This document shows positions 38,301 to 49,770 of a stretch of 64,000 nucleotides of DNA, piece after piece. The stretch is from Lingula anatina. Its lineage: Eukaryota > Animalia > Brachiopoda. The stretch's first letter is position 1. Each line of letters begins with the position of its first letter. A program made the translations under genes and the position numbers. The stretch covers positions 20,708,001 through 20,772,000 of the forward strand of contig CM120642.1 of NCBI GenBank assembly GCA_051362555.1, written 5' to 3'. The notes below the pieces were generated by a model. It had not been told where the DNA came from. It was given only the letters and a program-made list of their open reading frames with translations, and searched no databases.

Positions 38301-41300
38301 CAGACTCACATCTTCAGTTCCAAGTCTAAAGTCCTTTATTAAGTCCAAGCATTCAGCCTTTATACACATTATCTCCAGAGAATCTATCTGCATGCCACAG
38401 TGGCAGCAACTCATTTAAATACTAATTGCAATGCAATAGATAACAATTGAGGGCTTCTACTTTTAAGTTATATCAGTTCTACTTATCAGGTATACCTATA
38501 CAGAGGATGATAAATATTCATTCAAGACTGAAGTAAGGCGAATGATAATATGCTGACTGATTACAAGTGTAAACATAATATGTAAATGAGTGATTTCATC
38601 ACATGCATTTAGTGGACCTTAACAATACATAGGGCACTGCAAGGGGGGTTTGAAAATTGTTTAACTGGTTGTAACCAAGGAGTTTGAACACCACAATATC
38701 AATCAAATCTGACAGTAGGAGGGCACTGAACACTGTATAAAACAAGGGAAACTTAGTCTAGTAAACTTTATAATAACTACTGCTAGATCAGATACTAATG
38801 ATAATAACCAGGAAAACCTGGTTATGTTTGGTAAACCAAATACCGTAATACAGTAACTGTACTTTAAGCCTGTCTAATATCATTATATAGTTTTTCATTG
38901 TAAAAACAAATAACATGATTCAAAATCATAAGTGGCTATGGTCCTTCCATGCTAAATTTAATAAAGAAGTCATTGTTATAGTAAGCAAATAATACTGACC
39001 AAAGGCTATATTTTAGTAATAAAGAATAAAAAAAGATGGTGAAGTTAAATGAAAAAATGTAAAAATTAGTTTTAATTGGACTTAAAAATTGGAATGGAAA
39101 AGGTAGAAGATATAGTTACTGTTAGAAGAAGTGGCAGAAATGTTAGAATCAGGAGAGACAGTGCTCTCTGAACTGCACTCCTCAACACTCATCTCACCAA
39201 CACCTGTAATATAAACCAAGGTATAGAGAATTATCTCAAAATGTCCTAATTGAAGACGGTATTGGGTAAAAATCACTCAATAAAAGCAGTAGAAGAAAAG
39301 CACTCAGTTGGAAGACACTATAAGCGTGAGTGGGTACTTGGGTTTGAAAATTAAACATATTTTAGACAAATTTGACGTTTTGTATTTATCAAACTACTTT
39401 AAACCAAATAAAATATGACAACAATCAAATGACAGACATACAATAAGCTACTACTTACTGTTTTCTACATGGATAACATAATGTTTTATTGATTACATGT
39501 TAAATCACTGAATTCTAGCTTATAATATCCATATCCACTCTCATAAGGAGGACAAATGTTTTTCTGAACTGCCATTGATTTTCTGGTCTACAACTCACCA
39601 TTATGTAGCAAGTCACCCTATTCTTTTAAGCTTTCATTTATGGTCAAACATGGTCTAATATAATGATGTTGATTTACAAAGAACACTCATCTTCAGACAC
39701 AAACATCTCATGTTTTGTATCACAATTATCCCATCTTTGCTTTCATTAAAAGGGAACTTTTACAAAAAATACTAGTATAACATTTTCATGAAAACTCTTT
39801 TTTTTTCAAAATAAAAAAAAGTATGATCAAAGCCTACAGCCTACACGATTTAAATGATTTATTCTATCTATTCTATAAAAGGATGTAAATATCTTGTACA
39901 TGTAGCATCTAGCTTCTATCTTTGTCCTATAAGGGGAGTATTACAGCCTGACTAACCTAGCTACTAGGTCAAAGTATGCAATGTCTCTAAAGCAGAAAAT
40001 ATACATCTGACCCAATATTTGACAAATTTTATTAAAGCAGTATAATGTTGTAACTCAAAACTCATCTTTGAGAAGAATTACACTTTAATTAAAATTATAT
40101 ATTATTAAAGATATTGCTGTTCCTCTGCTTTCTGCACTGGACGGTGCTTTATAGTGAAATCATACATGTGCTAGTTATAATCCAAAAGTTCAAAGCCTAC
40201 ACTGCATAATAATACTAAATAAATGAAAATAATCCATATTGATAACGATAAATCCATCAAATCATCTGAAAAATAAAATCTGATTTCAATGTTGGAAGTG
40301 CAGTCGTTACTTAGTCCACTGTGGTGATATTACTGTAGCCATCATGGTTCCTACCTGTATAACCTTGGTCTTCATGCCCTCCATGTTTGTGATGATGACC
40401 CTTCTTCTTCCTCTTCTTCCTCTCTGAGCTAGGTACCAGGGCCGTCCCATCATCAGCATCATTCAGTGTCGCCCTGGAGCTGGCCTTGGAGGCTGACTGA
40501 TCAGCAACTCCAAGTCTGAAAACAGGGTAGAGATATTTAGGTTTGTCAGGGAATTGAAATTATTGTAATAAAAGTTATTAATAGTAATACAGGTGTTACT
40601 ACCATGATGCCTTTTCCCCCATGTCTCTCACTTAGTAAAAATATGTCCAAAGTTACTGTTCCTATTGGCAAATTTTGTATGTGGTGTTGTGGATAATTTC
40701 AATATTTTGAGGATTTTATCATCGATACTGTTTCACAGAAACACACTTTTATCATTCAATTTGGTTGTGATTTTCCCTAAATCTAAATATTGATTGACTT
40801 CCTTCTATCTTGATAATCACCAAAATTGCTTTTAACTCTTCTTTTAAAATCAACTGAATACAGTTTAAGTTGAGCAGTTTCCAGATCCACTCACTTATCC
40901 AGAGGTTTCAGCTTGTGTTTCTTCTTCTTGTGCCTGTGTTTTATTGAGGATGCACTACCCTGTGGTGTGGGTTCCTCTGCTTTTAAATAGTCTGGGTTAT
41001 TTTGTAAAGCATCAACAGAGCCAGTTCTGAAACAATATCAATGCTGGGTAATAATATATTGCATTACAGTATTTTAAATTGTGTTATATGAGACACTATG
41101 TAGTACTGCAACTGGACATCATTTTCAATCATTTTACAAATAATCAGAATGTCTCTGAATTATAGTTAGATTCCAAATTATATGATGGAATTATTAGTTA
41201 GATTCCAAATTCTGCTTTGCTTGATGTATTTTTTCAATTTTTAAATTTTTTAACACAGTGATTCAAATATCAACCATAGTATTTTTTTTAATTCTGAGCC

Positions 41301-44300
41301 TAAACAACTCAATGACAAGCTTATTGAGTATAAACATGTCACACTGTATTCCCCCACCTTGCTACATAGGTGGCTGCTTGTGCTATGATGTCCATCTTCA
41401 TCTGTGCTTTATTCAAGAACTGCCCACTCTCCAGCTTCTTGGCAACCTGGTACTTTTCCTGCATACAGAGATACAATGACATGACACAACTAAGGAAACT
41501 CTCTTTATTTACCAATTTATAAAGAATATAAACCAAATGTTTTGCTGAAAATTACTAACAGTACACAAAGACAAGCTAAGAATAACATTGCATGCTGATA
41601 TTTTTTCTTAACACTGCATTTTATAACATCAAAAATATGGAATCCAAATTTGAATCAAATTATGGAGTAAAGAGTTAAACAATATCTTAGAAATTCAAAA
41701 CAAAAATTAAGTGTTTAATATAAAAGTGATAAAAATTAGAAAAAAAGCAACAAGACACTAGTGGTTAGTAGCAAAAACCCTAAAATCCTGACAAACTCGA
41801 ATTGCAGTACAGTGTTTCTCACCCTTCCAATAGCATTCCGCACATTAAGTGGTGTATCTGGGATAAGCCACATTAGCAGGCCCTTCACAGCAAACACAGT
41901 GTGCTAAAATCAAAGTGAGGAGAAGAAAAAAAGCAGTGATTTGTGTTGCAAGCACCAAGCAAACAGTGACTTAGACAGAGTGCAATGTTAGTGTTGACAG
42001 GGGCGGATTTAGACTGTCTTCTGGGTCTTCTGGAAGACGGTCAGATTTTCAAGTTTACATTGACAGGTATCTTATTTTTTCTGACGGAAGACGGTCAAAA
42101 ATGGAGGATGGATCAACAAATATAAAATGGAGGACTGTCAGAAAATATCTCTGGATCCGCCCATGTGTTGCTGTCTGACATAAAACAGATTCTCCAGTGT
42201 TTGGGTGTAAAATGCAGCAAATGTGGCATCATGGTCTTCAGGTTGGACAGTTAACAAGGATAATGAATGTTTTAGTTTTAATTGTTAAATTTCAATTGCT
42301 TCAGAAATAAACAGTAATAAGTAGGGTAAGCAGAAGAATATTTAGAATGTTCTTAATTGATGAGAAAATCTGTATTGAGATTTTTGTGTCCTGGATACTG
42401 AATAAAATAAAAAGGAAACAACATGTTGAACAGTAGCAATATATTTGCAGATGCTTTTCCTTTTTTTTTAATCATGAAATATCAAACGGTGAAAATATGG
42501 TGATAAAAGGGCTTTTTTTCACATTCTTATATAGTTATTATAAAAACATGCTTGGTTTCCAAACTGAAACACATTTCTTACCCTATGTTTAAGAAAAATA
42601 TATGGCTTGGATATGCGTGGCAAGAGATACACTGTAAATACCACATGCTGCCATGATAAAATGAAACAATGAACAGATTTTAAACATTTAGTTCAATATT
42701 AAAATTCAGCAGATGTTGGAGATATTCACTGTTGGGGTGATTATACCGCATCACTGAAATTGCCACTTTTGATGCTCATCTTCCCACATTTTCACAAAAT
42801 TCACCAAAAAATACACATGTAATTTAGTTAATACACAGGCTATCTGGTTAGAATACATCACAGATTGTTGCAAGCAGTTAGTATTGCTGGAATCTTAAAA
42901 CCATCTCAGTTTGCATTAGTGGTTAATGAGCAATTTGCTTTGCTTGTGTGCTGTTTTTTTTTCTTTCAAAAATTACCCTGTTTTGTTGAATCTCTATCTT
43001 GTATGGGACATCAGGGATGATATAGGTCAGCAGAAATTTCAGGGCAAACACAGTGTGCTTCAGGATACAACAAAATCATATATATATATTCTTTACCCTG
43101 CCTAATCATTATATAATATCTAAATTCACTTCATTTGATACTGTTCTGTATAACAATGTAGGTAAAATTACATTAAGTTCCATGCCATAGCAATACATGA
43201 TTTTAAATTCTGGTAAGTAATGAATGTTTCATGCAATGCTCATTTTTTCATTTTTTCAATCTTACACTTTAGATACAGTTACTGTATGAACAGATGCAAA
43301 CCATGCAGTGCATTTTATAACCTATGATATCTGCATTTGCAAGGTAACTTACAAAGTTAAGATAACTTAGAATCTCATGTATATATGTATAGCAAGCAAA
43401 TGTTATGTTTAAACAAATTACAAAGTGGGATATAAGGGATTCTGGTAACTTTTGGATTTCTTACCTAAATTTCTAAAAAAATATAAAAATGCCACTTAGC
43501 GTTCTTTAAAACAATTTCTTCCTCTTTTAACAAACAGAACTAAAAATGTAACTATCACATCAACAATTTTATTAAAAAGACTAAATTAAAGGACATTGGT
43601 AAAGGTGTTAAGCAGGGAATAATGATTTATTTCAGTCTGGTTGTATTTATATATATTGCAAACATCTAATGGCACAGCCTTAAGTCATTTTATATTTTTT
43701 GCTTCAATTCAAACAAAGAAACTATTTGTCTCTCACCTCAAATATGATGACAAGCCAAAGCTTTTCCACTGCACCAAACTGTTTTCCCCACTGTGCAGTA
43801 AAAGCTATGAGGAAGGCGTTGCTTACCACCCCACATACATTGACAAACTGCAAGATGGAGTACCACATGCCTGGCAGATAAAAAAAGAAATGATCATTTA
43901 CAATCATCTTGATTGTAAGAACAAAGTGGTCAGTATTGCTGTGGGTGTGTAAGCCATGCACATCCACTGCACCTTATTAACATAACTGAACACTTCTTAC
44001 GGTCATACCCTTCAGTGTGTGCCATTCAGTAAGACTCACAATGATAGTAGCAGAATTTATTGGAAAGAAGCATATGATGGTGGGTGAAATATTTATGTAT
44101 ATAATTTATTAAATGTGTTTGTTTAACATGTTCTAATGATGTAAATGCTAGTTTGGTCATGTAATGACTTTCATTGGTCAAGGATTGTAAGAGTAGAATT
44201 CTTTGAATGAACTTGTGGCAATGCATTTCAGTTCAATTTGAAAGGTAATATAGTTCATAACTTTGAATAATGCCTATTGTTAGCAGAAAAGGCATTTAAA

Positions 44301-47300
44301 GTATGAGTTAATTTGTGTGCTTAACAATGAGTTGTCATTGGTTTTTTGTTCACCTGTGTCTGGCATTTAGGAAAAATAAAAGATTATGCCCATTGAAATT
44401 TGGCTTCTTTATTCTGTGGCCATGTTGAACTACATTGATATTTAAATGAAATTAACTTGACATTTTGGTATATAAAAATATCATGAATTGTGGCAAAAAT
44501 TCTTGGTGTAGGTCATCTAACATATTAGGAATTTACATCCTCAGTTTTTGTTTTCTTTTTTCTTTTAACCTTTGTAATACTTATATGACAAGGTAAAGCT
44601 ACAACATGTCACAAAAAAAGTTACATCTCTGTGTTGTCCCCTAAGGCACACATGTATCATACACTCAACTGACTTCTCACCTATATCTTGTGCTACAAAA
44701 GCCACTGGTCGGCGGTACCACCACAGTAGTCTCTTGGCATCCACTGTCAGGTCAAACAGGTTGGTCAGCAGGGCTATCAAAGGTCCTAGCGGCAGTGAGG
44801 CCGAGAACAACTGCAAGGACGAAACGGAATTTACACAACCTTTTCTAGAATCATTAAAAATATGGCAAGGAACACGTGCATTCGAAGAATATTTCACATA
44901 TTGGCACCACAGGCATGATGCAATTACATTATATATATTATATAGCATGTTATTTACAGTGTGTATATAAGTTTATGGTAAATTATCTTTTTATTTATTG
45001 TAAGGGAAAGCCAATCAAGTAATGTGTGTGAATATTAACAGATTGGACAGGTGAGTGAGCAGGTGTATGCATATGCATAGGCGTGTGTGGGTAAATATTT
45101 GTAGGTAAAACCAACTGACTGTCAACTACAAAACATTCAAAATAATAAAAGAACTAGAAAAGCACCCAGAGAGGGCAGACCTCCTCCAAGGCAGCAAATG
45201 CTGTTTCACCCCTAAATTTTCATTCTATAATGATTTATTTTGATTTTTGATTATTGATTGATTATTGATCTGGATCACCACCAAAAACTAAGCATCTCTT
45301 CTTTGGCCTACTTCTGACAGTTCCTGAAAATTTCATCAAAATCGATCCATAACTTTGGGAGTTATGTTGATGACAGACAGACAGACAGACAAACAAACAA
45401 ACAGGGGTGAAAACAACCTCCTTGGCGGAAGTAAAAAACTAAAATGTAACAGCTGAAAAAAAAGTCATCACTGACCATAAGGTAGCCATACTGGATGACC
45501 TTCTCGGTGTATTCACTCAGTGTGAAGTCTTCCAGCTTTGGTTTCTGTCTCTCTCTTTCCACATAGTCATCTATTGCCACTTTGACATCTTTTTCTGGGC
45601 TGACTTTGTTTTCTTTTCTACTGCAACAGCCCTTGATTTTCTCCCTCCACAACTGCTTCAGGTAACTGAAATGAGGGTTGGATTGGTATAGTTACATATG
45701 AAAGTCTCTATTTGCATGTCTCTGTTTTATATTTATTTAATGTTCTTCTTGGAGTACTTTTTAAAATTACTGACATCTACCACAACATTTCCATCAAATA
45801 ATATCTGAAAATCACACTTGAATAATCTTCAAATGATTTTCAGAAAGTTAATTTTTTTTACAGCTTGAAAAACCTACAATAACTTACACTGGAAATTTGC
45901 TCTACTTACGGTATGCAGACATCTTTCAATAACTTGGGGAAGGGTTTGATAATCATGAGCACCAACACTTGGAAGGATAACATGGACATACAGTTATTGC
46001 CAGTACCACAGGTGTCCACATACTTATCACCCAAACCAAACAACCCTTCATCTAACTGCAATATAACAAGTAAACACAATAAGATGAAATAGTGTCACAG
46101 TTGGCACATGCACTAGTTTTTATTCTATACTTTGATGTTACACTACTTTCAACCAAAAACCCACATTGCATTAAGAAGTTTAATTAAAGGAATAAGAAAT
46201 TCATTCAATTAAATCATGAAAAAATACAATGCATTCTTCATACTAGTATGAGGCTTATGATTAAAATTTAATTGAAGTTTGGTCAACATCATGATACCTA
46301 CTTGACAATAATCATTTTGTAATGATGTTTATTAGAACTATTCCCAACAGATTTTCTTGGTAATACAAATTTTACTTTCAGGGTGTCAGGATTAATTAAA
46401 ATTCATTCCCATGAAGATTTAATGTGCACTGATTCGAGTAAGCTAGAACACACACTGATTCAAGTAAGCTAGCCATAAGCTTGATATTTTAATTAATGTT
46501 TCAGTATTTAAAATACTGGTAATCCAAGGGAGCAGGACTTACCCCTCTGAAGAAGGCAATGTAAAACAAAGAGGCGTAGGAGTTCGCAAACTGGAAAGCA
46601 AACAGCTTGATCACCAAGGCATCGTCATATGCTGTTTGTGTTCGGTGGTTTTCTTGAAAAAGCAGAAAGGATAATTTATAAAACTAAACAGCAAGGCTGG
46701 CGTAACATGAATCCAGTTTCTTAGATCTTACCTGCAATTTACATTTTAACTAGATAAATTTATACATTTTGGAAAGTGAAACCCAATAGTTAAAAAAACT
46801 GTCTTAAACTGCACTCAAGAAAGTCATCATTATATTTTAAATTATATACTTACCCCAATCTGTGAGAATATATGCTATTTTGTCATAAATCTGAAAAATA
46901 ATTAAAAATACATTTTGACATTTTAACAGTTGCACTTTAGGTCAAATTTAAATGAATAAAATGTGTGTGCACATTTCTCAATACTGCGTGCAATTTAGAG
47001 TTAAATTATTGACATAACGTGTCATACCACCCACAAACAACAAAACTGACAAGCAATACACATTTGAAAATAAATAACAATTCAAGTCAGTGGATATTTT
47101 CTCCTCCAACCTCCTCCTTACCTTGCCCAGAATGAGTATGGATATGGCATTCATGAGTGAGGAAGCTATTGTGCCAAAGAGCAGACATGGTAGAGGGCCA
47201 TATGGTGCAGTAGTCCACAGTTATCACCACCCTGTACAATATCACTCCAGCCACACTGATGAACACCAGGCACACCTGGACACAGACAATTAGTCTTATC

Positions 47301-49727
47301 AGTATTCTTTTTAAAACTGGATCTCAATGCACCATTATTATTTTAAAATTATGATTTAATAACGATAACAATGATTTAATGATGGAAATTTTTGCTAACA
47401 GAACAGGGAAGATTGGGAAATTATGTAATCTTTTTTCAGAAAATCATTTCAATAAATGTGTTTGATAAAGATACGTGTACTGGGTAAGTATGGAATTTAA
47501 ATTCTGTGTTGCACAATCAAATTATTAACTATTATAATTTTGATTTTCACTGCCAAAATAAGAGGTTACCATAAGCACTAGGACCATGCAGGACGCGGCA
47601 TACTTGGTACACTGGCGGTAGAAGGGGTAGTACCACGTCAGCTCATCTGTTATTGGATCCTGAAAAGTTATAAATCATAGAAACTTTTACAAACAAATTG
47701 AATATGTCCTCATATTAGGCTGGAAGAGCCTGAAGAAGGAGAGGGAGAAAATTCTCATTTTATGAAATGAAAATGAAAACAAGGGATACACAATATCTAA
47801 CAAAACAAAAAAGCCAACCATCATAAACAGTTAAACATAGGGCAAAACCAAATGTAGCTAAAGCATGAGGTAATCGACTATGTAATTCCACTCACCATCT
47901 TACTGTGAGTCCCTTTAAACCCTGGTCTATCTGGCTCAGCCACTTCAAAGTTGTTCACGTCCCACTCATAGGCCAGCGTAGCATTTGTCCGCTTCCAGTA
48001 TTCAAGGAAAATTGTGCCTGGAAAAAGTTGTTTTCAAGTAAATAACAGCTGCTGCACTAGCATTACAAAAAGTGTAAAGATAGAAAAGCAAGTAAAAATC
48101 TACCAATGAAAGTAATAATTGGTTCAACAACTTTTTTTCATTTTGGGAGGGGGGGCATGCATTTTTCTTTTGTGTTTACTATTAAACATTTCAATAACAA
48201 ATAAAAAATTGAAAAAACAGTTAATGAAAAAAGCCATGTTGTATAGTTAAATCCCACCCTCTCCCTCTCACAACAATTTTGGTGTAGCTGAACTCCCTCA
48301 GAAATTGTAGGAACATTTTTGAGCTCCCTGTCCTGTGCCACAATCCTGTTAACAACTCACCCCAGAGACATATGGCTAGAGCAAAGAATGGAGTCACTTC
48401 ATTATCACAGGCTTCCTTGATCACGTCCATCAGGTTTTCTGCTGTGTCCACAAGCCTTTTAAGATAAATTAATAATTGTATTACCAAACATATTCCCACA
48501 TATTGCACATTCAATTAATAATATGTGATCGATTCTTTTCTTTTTTACAAATTCAGATCAAAAACAAGGGCAAAAAAAGCATGACAAGACACCTGGTAGG
48601 GTGTTTATTTCTTTAAATAATTTTTTTTTTCAAAAACAGATGTAGATTAATACAACATTTTCAGCAAAAAAAAAAAAAAGAATTTTAGCTTCAAACATAA
48701 ATTTTAAAGTATTCCTGACACAGTTTCTTTGTAAAATGACATACTTTGTGTCAAGCTAAAGGTGTACCATTATTAGATACACAGTGCATCATATATTATG
48801 GCAAAATACAAACCTCTTAATAAGTTCCAGCTCTGTCTGGTTCTCAGTGGATGTGGTGTTGACATGAAATGGATTGCCAAGTCTTTGGACACTGATATGG
48901 AGAAATTCTTTGAATTAACTCAAGCAATTACTTTGCTGAATCAATTTTAATTGTAGAATATGTTTTCAATGTTGCAATGTATGGGGGGTAAATTTCCCCA
49001 GTTACTGGAATTGCTGTGTAGAGACCCCTCTTAAAACATCCAAGTCAGGAAGTCAGTGTTAACTTCTACCCCTACAGGGAAACACAAGGGTTTAAATAAA
49101 ACAATTATAGCAGTTGATGTTTTGATAAATCTGAATGCACTCAAGCCTTGAGTTTTGAATGATGTTCCTTTTTTACTCACCTCAGATGCAACCCATAGAA
49201 AAATATGCTCAGGCCAAACAAAGTTGGCATCCATAGTGAGGTAATGAGCAAACCAGACCATGCAAAATACAGGGCAATCTTTTCCCCGAAGTAATTCCTT
49301 ATCTTCCAGAGGGGCTGGTACTTGAAGACCCTAGTCCATGTGTGATTCAGAGTCCAGCGAGGGTCCATATCAAACCCCACTGGGTTGACAAACTCCTCCT
49401 CACAACATGAGCTACAAGGCTTACTCTTGTTTTTGTTGCTAGGATTTTCAGGATCATCAACTGATTCATCATGGATGATGAAGGCATCTGTGTAGATCTT
49501 TTTGTGAAGAAGATAAGGAAGAGCTGAAAAAATAAAAAGACAAGAATGATGCAGCTAGTAATTTTGTACATTGTGGGCTTAGGTCTCAGAGAAAAATATC
49601 GTAACAGTTAAATATTCCCTGATGAAGATGCTCTGACAGACATTGAAATATTGGAGCTACTGATTGAAGAAAAATATTACTTAATTCTTGGGCTTATTTC
49701 TGACTTCAACATAATTTTAATTTCTTT

Positions 49728-49770
<43 letters not shown>

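Noticed and set aside
36105-38624. The 405-bp direct repeat as an assembly duplication
   Set aside because: TG..CA ends, a 4-bp TSD, PBS and PPT all fall in the correct positions, which an artefact would not produce.
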